From Octopus bimaculoides (lineage: Eukaryota), in the NCBI RefSeq assembly GCF_001194135.2, contig NC_068981.1:133445757-133479809 (forward strand): a stretch of 34,053 nt of DNA. Reading direction: 5' to 3'. Under the pieces are notes generated by a model. The model was not told the DNA's origin, ran no database searches, and saw nothing but the letters and a program-made list of their open reading frames with translations. How positions within the stretch are numbered: position 1 is the stretch's first letter; each line of letters opens with the position of its first letter. A program made the translations under genes and the position numbers. Below, in pieces: positions 10,636 through 22,294 of this stretch.

Positions 10636-10851
10636 TAAGGCGGCGAGTTGGCAGATACGTTAGCACGCCGGGCGAAATGCTTAGTGGTATTTCGTCTGTC
10701 TTTACGTTCTGAGTTCAAATTCCGCCGAGGTCGACTTTGCATTTCATCTTTTCGGGATCGATAAATTAAGTAGCAGTTGCGTACTGGGGTCGATCTAATC
10801 GACTGGTCCTCTCCCCGAAAAATTTCGGGCCTTGTGCCTAGGGTAGAATTG
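10636..10851 (+). mobile_element. Full-length tRNA-derived SINE family A with perfect 16-bp target-site duplication
   Basis: AATATTTGGTGAGTAT at both 10620-10635 and 10852-10867. Body has a B-box-like GAGTTCAAATTCC and matches other copies in the window. Confidence 0.95.
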
Positions 10852-11836
10852 AATATTTGGTGAGTATGAAATCAACTCTAGAAATGTTTCTTTTAAGATT
10901 TCCTCAGTGAAATGGAGTCTAACGCATACTTAGAAAATCTTAAAATAACTGAGAGGATAAAATTTGATGCATGAAAATAAAACCATTCACTAGCTAGCTA
11001 GGCAATTGAGCATCTTTCGTTTTTCATCACTTTAGTGACGCCATATTTCTGATTTCTGTGGAACCCCTAAAAACAAATGGTCGCGGAAACAACATTCGAA
11101 GAGTAACAAATATATACAAATTCAAGAATTCACCAAAACAATGGTGAATTTTAACATTAGACTTGGTTAAAACAGTGATAACTAATCAGCAAATGCGACA
11201 CATATTTTATGCAATAACTCCATATGTTGTGCTCGACTTGCTGGAGAAAATTATGTCAAACGAGTTATGATATTTAATACTCATATTTCCTGTACGAAGG
11301 TTTTTATCATAAGCAAGCAAAATATTGTTTTTGTAGAAAAAGTTAACTAAATAAGAGGATTTATTTACTGCAGTAGAAACTGTTTTCTTCTAGTACGTGC
11401 AAATGGACTGACATAACTATTATTCAAGTGATTACCCCAGCTCATTATTTTCGAATTTATTTTGCGACTCAAATGTTACTGCCAAATATAGATCTGGTCA
11501 AACTAAAACATAAAAATTTTAATGAATTTACTTGAAGCAGAATAAATAAAAAAAAATACCTTTAAAGAATCATGAAGATGAACAACCATTTTTAATCATT
11601 AAATATGCATCTAATAAAAGAAACATGAAAACTTTTTTTAATGCTACATTATTTCCACAAACAATTTGGAATGCAATGACATTCTTATTTTATTCGCCCT
11701 TGAGAAATCTGGTAAATTGTTTTTGCACTTGACAGATAAATATTGAATTTCTGATCGCGAACAATCTTCTAAAATTATTTTATAAATTAGATAGAAAATA
11801 TGGAGAAGCTTTAACGGTAACGGTGTGCATATTTCA

Positions 11837-11838
<2 letters not shown>

Positions 11839-11919
<81 letters not shown>

Positions 11920-11945
11920 ATGTGTGTGCGTGCGTGTGCGCGTGT
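11839..11945. repeat. (TG)n microsatellite
   Basis: Directly visible. Confidence 0.97.
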
Positions 11946-11959
11946 AGTGACTGGATTGA

Positions 11960-12550
11960 GTGACATTAAACACTATTCTAGATGTACAAAGTTTTGGAAG
12001 ACAGAAAAAACGTTTGACCGTATCTGTTATGCAACTCTCCAGGATAAACTCTTTGCCATATAGGCTTCTTATGTCTCTGTTCTCTTGGATCGAATCTGCC
12101 TATGGAACTGCATCATGACAGCGTATGTAGATCCGTCCTTATCTACACTGTATCAACACTGGTATTGTTCCAGGTTCGGTTATGTACCCCATAATCTTTC
12201 TCTATGTATGCAACTTACATGCAGTCATCTCCAGCAACGCCTATTCATATGATCATGATACCATCTGTCGCTTCTGTCTTAAAACTTCACTTCCTCCTTA
12301 AGCAGATATCTTGAAACCATTTATAAATCAATCTTGTCTCTGCCAATAGAACAAAGACACAATCACTGCACGTATCAAGGAAACATGCTTTCTCCCACCA
12401 CTCCTAGCTGTGGACATCACACAATAAAACCTCCCCCAAACATATACCCTTCCCGGGTTCCTCATAGTTGTAAGTTTGTTCAAGAAAAAAGGTTAATCGC
12501 CTCGGCTCAACTTGTATTGATTAACCTGTAAGGTGTATGGACACAGGCCT
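11960..12550 (+). pseudogene. CR1/Jockey-group LINE reverse transcriptase relic
   Basis: KTFDRICYATLQDKL (cf. KAFDRVWH..LL.KL) and INTGIVPGSVMYPIIFLYVCNLHAVISSNAYSYDHDT (cf. SGVPQGSVLSP.LFL..INDL.......HSYADDT). Frameshifted, catalytic motif decayed. Confidence 0.7.
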
Positions 12551-14163
12551 ATTTCCTAAATCAATCCATTAAAAAACTGAAGGAGTTTTATGTGAAACAC
12601 ATTTTATCGGCTGCTTTGAACAGTTGTGGATAGGTCAAAGACTGGAAACTTAAATACATAAACTTTTTTGAATTGAGCATGAACAAAAATTAGATTCATC
12701 CCAAATTGAAAAATGAAATTATGAAGGGCATTAATATCAGCTATTTGCGGGTGAAAACTCACTCGATGAAGAAAGCTGATACTTAAATATGTAATGGCAG
12801 ATTTGCCTCATGAGAAAGGTAATCTCAAGGAGAAATTCAAAACTTATTTGAAGCTTTCTAGTCATTCAAATAAAAATATTTACGTAATTCATGTTTTCTA
12901 TTCCACAATTGCACTAGTTCTGAGTAAATATTCATATAATATTGCTGTAAAGAATGGGAAATTTATAAGCTTAGCTTAGTTACCGCTCAGAGAAAAATAC
13001 AAAGTATATTGGAAAATTTTTCAAAAATTTTAAACATGAGCTTGAAATTTAAAAACAGATGATCTGATATCTCAATCAGCTCATAAATAATCGCAATTAA
13101 TTATCAGTGAAAGAGGAAACCCCGTTGAATGGAGACATGTCTGTAACGAAATGAAATTTTCAACAAAAGCCAATTCTGCTGCACTGCTAAATACCATCAT
13201 AACAAGAGGTTGAGCCGTAAAGAATGGAACAACGTTGAACCAAATGTCTAATCGTATTGAATTTCTTCCCTCTGTATCTCTGCATTTAAATATCTCCATC
13301 GACAAAATATGTGCTTGTCATATATTGGAGTTTATTGAATCCATTATATCTATCACGTACAAATGTGTGGCTTTTGTCAATGTAAAAAAATATACATATA
13401 TTTGCTTTGTCTATATCCAATCCGCTGAAATATTTTAGAAAGATTAATTTAAATACAGATGCCATATTCTTCAAAATAATTCTTTTACTACAACTGGTTA
13501 AGCTAAGTACTATCTTTGACGTCGTCAGAATGTCTGCATTTGAGAATAATCTTATTCTTTTCCATTTGTCATTTTTTTTTATATGAAACATAGTTCAATA
13601 GAAAAGTCAGCATTCCAAATTCTCTTTTGGTTGCTTGGAAAACGAAAAAACAGTGGGGTTAGGAATTTCAATATTGAATTTAAATATTGAATTCCAATAT
13701 CTTGGGAGATTCAGAGGTTAAAAACTCTTCAACGTAACTTCAATTCTTTGCTAGAAACATTGTACATTACTTTTGTTACAAATTCGCAAGGTATGATAAT
13801 TACCAATTCTCGCTTTCACCGTTTTAAAAGTACATTTTTGTGGATCCCGGGGAAATATTTATCTAATTCCAAGATATTTCTTTTTCTCTTAATTTAGTTT
13901 CTTAAACTGATTTCTTATAGACATGCAAATTTAGTTGATTTTTTTCTGTTTTACAGGAAGTGAAATGCAAATGTTAAACTCCTATGGTATTCCAAGGAGA
14001 ATTAAGAAGAATTTTTAATTAGCAGTTGGAAAAGGTTCACAGACGTCTGTCGTCAAGAAGCTACATTTTGCCACAAGGCAAAATAAGACAAAAGCATATA
14101 CAAACGCATTTAACTATACTCATACTTCATAAATGTATGCGTAAGTAAGTATGTATGTGTGTG

Positions 14164-14220
<57 letters not shown>

Positions 14221-14262
14221 GTGTGTGTTTGTGCATGTATGTGTGTGCATGAATATATATAT

Positions 14263-15129
14263 NNNNNNNNNNNNNNNNNNNNNNNNNNNNNNNNNNNNNN
14301 NNNNNNNNNNNNNNNNNNNNNNNNNNNNNNNNNNNNNNNNNNNNNNNNNNNNNNNNNNNNNNNNNNNNNNNNNNNNNNNNNNNNNNNNNNNNNNNNNNNN
14401 NNNNNNNNNNNNNNNNNNNNNNNNNNNNNNNNNNNNNNNNNNNNNNNNNNNNNNNNNNNNNNNNNNNNNNNNNNNNNNNNNNNNNNNNNNNNNNNNNNNN
14501 NNNNNNNNNNNNNNNNNNNNNNNNNNNNNNNNNNNNNNNNNNNNNNNNNNNNNNNNNNNNNNNNNNNNNNNNNNNNNNNNNNNNNNNNNNNNNNNNNNNN
14601 NNNNNNNNNNNNNNNNNNNNNNNNNNNNNNNNNNNNNNNNNNNNNNNNNNNNNNNNNNNNNNNNNNNNNNNNNNNNNNNNNNNNNNNNNNNNNNNNNNNN
14701 NNNNNNNNNNNNNNNNNNNNNNNNNNNNNNNNNNNNNNNNNNNNNNNNNNNNNNNNNNNNNNNNNNNNNNNNNNNNNNNNNNNNNNNNNNNNNNNNNNNN
14801 NNNNNNNNNNNNNNNNNNNNNNNNNNNNNNNNNNNNNNNNNNNNNNNNNNNNNNNNNNNNNNNNNNNNNNNNNNNNNNNNNNNNNNNNNNNNNNNNNNNN
14901 NNNNNNNNNNNNNNNNNNNNNNNNNNNNNNNNNNNNNNNNNNNNNNNNNNNNNNNNNNNNNNNNNNNNNNNNNNNNNNNNNNNNNNNNNNNNNNNNNNNN
15001 NNNNNNNNNNNNNNNNNNNNNNNNNNNNNNNNNNNNNNNNNNNNNNNNNNNNNNNNNNNNNNNNNNNNNNNNNNNNNNNNNNNNNNNNNNNNNNNNNNNN
15101 NNNNNNNNNNNNNNNNNNNNNNNNNNNNN
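14263..15129. other. Largest assembly gap (others: 868-1048, 2354-2695, 5232-5403, 18208-18217, 19710-19851, 22738-22747, 29800-30110)
   Basis: N runs; several are bounded by (TA)n or (TG)n. Confidence 0.99.
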
Positions 15130-15168
<39 letters not shown>

Positions 15169-15681
15169 CTTTTATCAGAGTTCAGCAAAAATTTAGATTC
15201 AGATGAATATGGTACTTAAGTTTTGAGGCACCAGAATTTAGTACGGTATTATCCAGACAATTTTAAAATAAGGGGATTAAAATCAAAATCAGCAACAAGG
15301 ATATCCAGAAATAATGCAGTACAATCGTTTCACGCAACTCCATTTAATTGAACAATGCAACCATTACATCAATTTAAATGCAGAGCAATCCTCAACTGCA
15401 CAAAGACATAGAACTTGATTAAATTAAAACAGACACATTAGTATAATTTTACTTAAAATCTCCAAGAAGTTAAGGAGATAGACAAAAAACATGCTGCCTT
15501 CACTTCAGCTTTGTAGTTACTAAGGTATCAGGAAGAAAGACTTGTTACAGATTTTGCTTGTCACTGTTTTATGAGGTCAGTTTTAATTTATAGACTAGTT
15601 TATCAAAACCTTATATATCTAAGGCCGAGAGTACAAGGGGCAATGTCTGTGAAGGTTAGGGCTGAATGAGTCGAAAGAAAT

Positions 15682-15841
15682 CATAGTGGGTATAATCATA
15701 AAAAAATCAAGATTTATTAGAAGCAATATCATGAGATTTGGTAAAGGAAAACTTCAACCAAGATGTTAGCTAACAATTCAGGGGGCCGGCCACTAGCAGA
15801 CCCTTGATAATGAAACGGGAAATCTTGTCATGTAGTACTAT
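15682..15841 (+). repeat. Left copy of a ~160-bp direct repeat flanking the RTE insertion
   Basis: Aligns end to end with 17254-17414; about 16 differences by hand count (~90% identity). Confidence 0.92.
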
Positions 15842-17253
15842 CGAACTACATGACCTTCATTACCTGTACAGGAGCCAGTCCAGCGGCACTGGCAACGACC
15901 TCGCTCGAGTGCTGCTTTTCACGTGCCACCGGCAAAAGTGCTAGTAAGGCGCCGCTGGTAACGATGACGCTCGAATGGTGCTTTTTTCGTGCTACAAACA
16001 CGGGAACCAGTCAGCGGCCCTGGCAATGATTACACTCGGATAGCGCTCTTAGTGCACCACTAGCACGGATGCCAGTCATGCAGTGCTGTCATCGAATTTG
16101 ATTTCGATTTTACGTGCCTTAACAAGTCTTCGCAAGCAGAGTTTAGTGTCAATTGAAGGAAAGATACGCATAAGTGGGCTGGTTACACCACTGGCATAGG
16201 CCACAGGTTACGGTTTCACTTGGCTTGCCGGGTCTTCTCAAGCACAGCATATTTCCAAAGGTCTCGGTCACTAGTTATTGCCTCAGTGAAGCCTAGTGTT
16301 TGAAAGTCGTGCTTCACCACATCATCCCAGGTCTTCTTGGGTCTACCTCTTTCAAAGGTTTCCTCAACCGCTATGGTGTGACACTTTTTCACACAACTAT
16401 CCTCATCCATTCTCACCACATGACCATACCAGCGCAGTCGTCTCTCTTGCACACCACATCTGATGCTTCTTAGGACCAACTTTTCTCTCAAGGCCCTTAC
16501 ACTCTGTCGAGTATGCACACTGACATTACACATCCAGCGGAGCATACTGACTTCGTTTCTTGCAAGCTTACGCATGTCCTCAGCAGTCACGGCCCATGTT
16601 TCACTGCCATGTAGCATGGCTGTTCGTACACATGTGTCATACAGTCTGATATTGCTGGACCTCTTATGTGTCCATAGCTTACACTAGGTACATCTTATAG
16701 AGTTTCTACCTACGCATTTTCTACAGATCGAGCAGGGTCATCTACCTGAAGGGATTGCCTTTCTACTTATGAAGACTTTGGTTTTAGCTAGGTTGACTCT
16801 AAGGCCCTTCGATTCTAATCCTTGCTTCCACACCTGAAACTTCTCCTCTAGTTCTGATAGTGACTCAGCAATTAGAGCAAGGTCATCAGCATAGAGGCCC
16901 TCCCAGGGGCGTCCTGTCGAATTCCTCTGTTACTGCCTGGAGGACTATGATAAATAGGAGATGACTGAGGACTGAACCTTGGTGGACTCCTACCTCTACT
17001 CGGAATTCTTCATTGTACTCGTTGCCAACATTCACCTTACTGACAGCGTCCTTGTACATCGCTCGCACAGCTCTCACTAACCATTCTTCTATCCCTAGTT
17101 TCCTCATTGACCACCGGATAAGGGATCGGGGGACCCTGTCAAAGGCTTTCTCCATGTCAACGAAAGCCAGGTACAGAGGTTTATCTTTGGCTAGGTGTCT
17201 CTCCCGCAGCTGTCTTACCAGAAATATAGCATCAATGGTGCTTTTCCCTGGTA
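15842..17253 (-). mobile_element. 5'-truncated, internally deleted RTE-clade LINE (RT + 3' UTR)
   Basis: PGKSTIDAIF...LYLAFVDMEKAFDRVPR...GVHQGSVLSHLLF, frameshift near 16920, LYADDL (YADD at 16882-16893), KGLRVNLAKTKV, a Cys/His finger, then LYDTCVRTAMLHGSETW...RRLRWYGHVVRMD...RGRPKKTW, stop at 16216. The last motifs are characteristic of the RTE clade. Confidence 0.93.
15871..16105. repeat. Degenerate ~60-65-bp tandem repeat (~3.5 units) in the RTE 3' UTR
   Basis: Units begin gagccagtccagcggcactggcaacgac / gtgctagtaaggcgccgctggtaacgat / gaaccagtcagcggccctggcaatgat / gatgccagtcatgcagtgctgtc. Confidence 0.75.
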
Positions 17254-17414
17254 CATACTGGGTATAGTCATAAAAAATCAAGATTTATTAGAGGCAATAT
17301 CATGAGATTTGGTAAAGGAAAACTTCAATCAAGATATTAGCTTATAATTAAGGGGGCCCTCCACTAGCATACCATTGATAATGAAACAGTGGAAATCTTA
17401 TCATGTAGTACTAT
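17254..17414 (+). repeat. Right copy of the ~160-bp direct repeat flanking the RTE insertion
   Basis: catactgggtatagtcataaaaaatcaagatttattagaggcaatatcatgagatttggtaaaggaaaacttcaa...tcatgtagtactat, matching 15682-15841. Confidence 0.92.
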
Positions 17415-17629
17415 AGTTGAATATTTTAAATAATATTGCTATATTGTATAAAGTTAAAGTTTAGGATTATTCAGAGGATTATTAGGAAGAATATTATAAC
17501 AAAAGGATAGAATGTTTTTTGAATACTTTTGAGTATATACCAAACTTTTACCACAATAGAGGGAGGAAAAGAAATTATCTAGAAATAGTTTAATATATAT
17601 ACATAATATATACTTAAATACTAACTTAT

Positions 17630-18120
17630 CAGATGGTATCTGTGAATATTGATCAATGGTATATACTGGTATTTAATAAAGGAGTACCAACTCCACTCTA
17701 TATGCTTGTTACTTCTACAGACACAGGACTGTCTTCAGCCAGGGAACTTTCCCAACCACCTTTGGTCTTCTGACATCCCTAAGCCTCGCACACATCTCAT
17801 TGTCTCTCATCTCCTCTCTACCGTCCTGGGACGCATTGTGCCAGAACAAAAGTCACTCCATTAACAGTCTGGAGCACTTCATAAATTTCTGTAGAATTTT
17901 TCCCAGTTTAACACAAACCTTTAGTGTACAGCGAGCTTCCAATCGTCCCGACTGAATTCTGCAAATTCGTCAGCTAAGACAAACAATTTTTAGTAGGGTG
18001 TATTCAAAGTGATGTTACAACCGCCTTCTTCAATCTAAAATAACAAATGTTAGTAGGTCAGCTTATTAGATGTATGATACTGATATACTAAAATTACAAT
18101 AAATTAGGGCACTCGTAACT
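17630..18120 (-). pseudogene. Mariner transposase 5' relic (N-terminal HTH region)
   Basis: Frameshifted minus-strand peptides EARCTLKVCVKLGK / KNSTEIYEVLQTVNG / FWHNASQDGREEMRDNEMCARL / LAEDSPVSVE resemble EQR..IKFCVKLGK.ATE...ML..VYG...F.WHKRF.DGRE...DD.R.GRP...L.EDRR. Possible TACGAG-type TIR remnant near 18118. Confidence 0.75.
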
Positions 18121-18174
18121 ACTTCTAAAAGCATACTCAAAAATTGTGTAGTGAAACTCGCATATGAAAGTATA

Positions 18175-18176
18175 GA

Positions 18177-18207
<31 letters not shown>

Positions 18208-18402
18208 NNNNNNNNNNTGCATGCATGTATGTATATATATGTGTGTTTGTGTGTGTGTGTGTGTGTGTTTGTGTGTGTATGTGTGTGTATATCTATGTAT
18301 GCATACGTGCATGCATGTATGTATATATATGTGTGTATGTATAAAGATATAGAAATATATATATGTACATGTATGTATATGTATATATATATGTATGATA
18401 TT

Positions 18403-18494
<92 letters not shown>
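18175..18494. repeat. Compound (TG)n/(TATG)n/(GACA)n/(GATA)n microsatellite
   Basis: Directly visible; includes a 10-N gap. Confidence 0.95.
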
Positions 18495-18495
<1 letters not shown>

Positions 18496-19518
18496 ATCTC
18501 TGAAAGTGAGATACAGAAGATATTTATTTATATGTTTGAGATGTCAACAAATCAATGTTATGTAAATGAATGTCAAGACACTGTGATGCCGTACAATATC
18601 AATGCATTGGTTTGTTCAAAGAGTTTGTTTTTATTGAAATGATAAAATAAATATTGCATTTTCAAAGAAATGCAAGAATGGTTTATACAGAAGCATTAAA
18701 ATGGATAGCAGCTGTAACCTATCGATTTCTCAGAGAAATATTGAATTCCTGATCACGAATAGTTTTTCTAAAATCATTTTATAATTTAAAGAAATAAAAT
18801 ATATACAGAGAAGCTTTAAATATGCATATTTCATTTCGGGGGTCGAGGTTGACTGGGATTAAGCAATATTCTAGATGGACAGATGTTTGAGGAGAAGCTA
18901 ACAAAAAGAAATAAGGAACAATAATACTGTAGAGTAAGTGAAAATTGAATAAACTGGTTTTCAGTGTGTGCATAGTTTTCAAAATACGACTGAGACATGT
19001 AAAGAAATTACAGATATATCATTTGTATACGAGAACAGATGTTTTGACGTAGAAAGTGATAAACAGGAGGAAAAAGAACAACTTATGAAATAGTGTGAGT
19101 GAGTTACTTAGGAGAAAAGTTTTCCCTCCATCTCATTGATTTGTTTGAAATGTTCGTTCATATTTCTAGAACGATCTCATATATTTAATGCAGAGAGTTG
19201 AAAAACTTCAAGTAACTGAAATTATTAATGCGTCTGGAAGACAAAATGCCTCACAAGTGATAACTAAAATCTAAAAGTAACATATAAAGGATAAGATAAC
19301 TCTGGTAATATTTAACATTTGGGAGTCAAACGAAATTGTGTATACCTAAATGTCAGCTCAGCTATAGTTGGAAACTATGAGAGAAAAAGTTTTGCTTTGT
19401 GTTTTTTTTTTTTATCTTCAAAACGAGGTTACATCACAAACATAAAATTGCTTCAATTCTCTCTCATTAACCACCAATTTATACTTTATAGGAAGTATTA
19501 TAGAAATTTTTATATACA

Positions 19519-19970
19519 GGCGTAGGCGTGGTTGTGTGGCAAGTAGTTCGCTTCCCAACTATATGGTTCCGGATTCAGTCTCATTGCAAAACACCTTGGG
19601 CAAGTTTCTTGCTATGGCCTTGGACTGACCAAAGTCTTGTGAGTGGATTTGGTTGACAGAAACAGAAAGAATCCCGTCGTATATATATTTTATTCTTTTA
19701 TATATATATNNNNNNNNNNNNNNNNNNNNNNNNNNNNNNNNNNNNNNNNNNNNNNNNNNNNNNNNNNNNNNNNNNNNNNNNNNNNNNNNNNNNNNNNNNN
19801 NNNNNNNNNNNNNNNNNNNNNNNNNNNNNNNNNNNNNNNNNNNNNNNNNNNTGATAGAATAAGTAACAAACTTTAAAAGAATAATTCGTGGGGTAGACTC
19901 ATTCGACTGAAAAGTTCTTCAAGGCGGTACCCCTGCATGGCAAATTACTGAAACAAGTGAAAGAAAAAAG
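19519..19970 (+). mobile_element. tRNA-derived SINE family B, gap in the middle
   Basis: Head aggcgtggttgtgtggcaag...ggttccggattcagtctc...gtgagtggatttggttgacagaaac and tail tcattcgactgaaaag...aaggcggtacccctgcatgg...actgaaacaagtgaaag both match the inverse of 21398-21861. Confidence 0.85.
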
Positions 19971-20970
19971 ATAGACTTCTTCGTAGGAAGAATTAAGGAT
20001 CTAAACTGAAGCCAACTAAAATCACATTTTTATTTCGTTTCCAATTTCAGTTGAAATATTTTTATGTTTCTACTTTTTGTCGCGTAGTTTTCCAAATTCA
20101 TTAATTAAGAATATTGTCACTCTTGCAACCGTATATTCCTGCCTGTCCACCCTTTTTACAACCAACACTTTTACAGCAAAAAATTAATTGTTACGGAGAA
20201 AAAATAAAAAAGACTTTAAAAGAATAAAGGGCAAATAATTTTAATATTGCTAGAAAGTTTAAATTATAGTAAAAAGTAAATTTTCTAAATTGACAAAAAT
20301 TAAATTGTATGAAAATGCCAATGAGGAATCCGAAACAAAGGTCAATAACACAGCAGTGAACAGATTAAGTAACTCTAGGCGGAAACTAGCACAGCAAATA
20401 TAAGCTGACCACTTTGAGACAAAGGTGTATGATCATGTTCACATTCTTGAAGAACAACTTGAAGACGCAGCGAGTCTCTTCGTCTCCATAATATTTGACA
20501 CGTAATTTTTATTTGTTTCAAACAGTCTTAATATTTTTTAAACATGGCGGTTCATTTTCACTCCTCACAATACCCCGGGGACCCGTTTCCTCTTATGAAA
20601 AACTGTGATATAATTAATAGGAGATGTGAATGGAATTATAATCCCAGATTAAGAAACGATCCAAGTGGTAGGGAGATAGTTTGGAGCAGGAACCAAATAC
20701 ATTGTATGTGAATCTGTGAAGATACATCGTTTGAGAAAATTGGTATTCCGTCGGTTACGATGGCGATTTACGCCGCACGCTTCAAATTGAGAAAAATGAT
20801 AAATCTTTAATTATACAGATTCACATTATACTACTGTTCTAGCATTTTTGCGCTGATTTCTAAGGATGATTTGAAACATTTAAAACTTGGCCAAAACTAA
20901 GACAAAGAAAGCAGAATTATGTGGGGAAAAACTGGTGAGGAAAGTTACCTAATATTTTGATATGACCAAT

Positions 20971-21195
20971 GAGTCGAGCTGGTAGAATCGCTAGCACGCC
21001 GGGCAAAATGCTTAGCAGTATTTCGTCCGTCTTTACGTTCTCACTTTAAATGTCGCTAAGGTCGACTTTGCCTTTTATCCTTTGTAACGGTGTGCATAAA
21101 ACAAGTACCACTTGATCACTAAGGTCGATGTCATCGACTTACCCTCTCCTCCGTACATACTGGACTTATGACAAAATCTGAAACCAGTATTTCGG
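20971..21195 (+). mobile_element. SINE family A
   Basis: gagctggtagaatcgctagcacgccgggcaaaatgcttagcagtatttcgtccgtctttacgttc...ggtcgactttgccttttatcc. Confidence 0.9.
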
Positions 21196-21397
21196 TATGG
21201 GTTGGTGGAGAGGAGTGCAAACAATAGATTCCTTATTTTTGTGAGGCTGCGTTTCATTATACCGAATTCTGCGGAAAGGGTAATTTTTAAAGAACTGAAA
21301 TTTAAGAAAAAAATTTTTTCAGAGCTCTGGCTGCTATTTCTAGCATGTCCAACAATCTCGTTAGAGCATGTCTGAATTTGTCTGGTACTCAGACATG

Positions 21398-21612
21398 CTC
21401 TTTTACTCTTTTACTCGTTTACTTCTTTCAGTCATTTGACTGCGACCATGCTGGAGCACCGCCTTTAGTCGAGCAAATCGACCCCAGGATTTATTCTTTG
21501 TAAGCCTAGTATTTATTCTATCGGTCCCTTTGCCGAACCACTAAGTGACGGGGACATAAACACACCAACATGATTTGTCAAGCAATGCTAGGGGACAAAC
21601 ACAGATACACAA

Positions 21613-21701
<89 letters not shown>

Positions 21702-21861
21702 CGACGGGCTTCTTTCAGTTTCCGTCTACCAAATCCACTCACAAGGCTTTGGTCGACCCGAGGCTATAGTAGAAGACACTTGCCCAAGATACCATGCAGT
21801 GGGACTGAACCCGGAACCATGTGGTTGGTAAGCAAGCTACTTACCACACAGCCACTCCTGC
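21398..21861 (-). mobile_element. Full-length tRNA-derived SINE family B with internal (CA)n
   Basis: Minus strand: GCAGGAGTGGCTGTGTGG (A-box-like)...GGTTCCGGGTTCAGTCCC (B-box-like)...(TG)n...CTAAAGGCGGTGCTCCAGCATG...short GAGTAAAA tail repeats. Confidence 0.9.
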
Positions 21862-22294
21862 TGTCAATTTTAGAAACATCAGAAATGTTTGTATGGAGGG
21901 AATTTCAAAAGGGAGAGTGACAGGATTTTTTTAAAATTGAAATTTAAAAAGACATTCCTTCCATAAGTTCGAAAGAAGTTGGAAAACCAACAAAAATGTG
22001 GTGGGAGGGATATTATTTCAATTTGGAAAAGCTGTTGCTTGGGCGATCTCCAACCAGAATGAAATCTAGTTTCCGTTTGTCAGCATATTATAGCACCAAA
22101 TATATATAAATAAACAAAATCCTCACCTTACCAAAACGAACACATTATGTATCCGACAAAGCAAACGGAATGATTCTTATCTCTATACATCTCTGCAAAA
22201 AAGCGGGAATCTTTTTGAGTTGCTCTTGGTACAACTGGCTGTCATTTTTGACAGGACAGGGTCATCTAGTATAAATATAAACATGTAAACATAT

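Noticed and set aside
13081-13900. Possible minus-strand CR1-like RT relic (SPG..., KKNDK...SLTSCSK)
   Set aside because: Motif echoes too weak to separate from chance without a profile search.
14127-15219. The three longest ORFs in the track (323-354 aa), plus those at 832-1192, 2336-2788, 5005-5456, 19643-19876 and 29741-30379
   Set aside because: They are open only because they run through N gaps and flanking microsatellites.
15871-16105. Repeat units resembling a CRISPR array
   Set aside because: Eukaryotic context, degenerate contiguous units without unique spacers, no cas genes; lies in the RTE 3' UTR.
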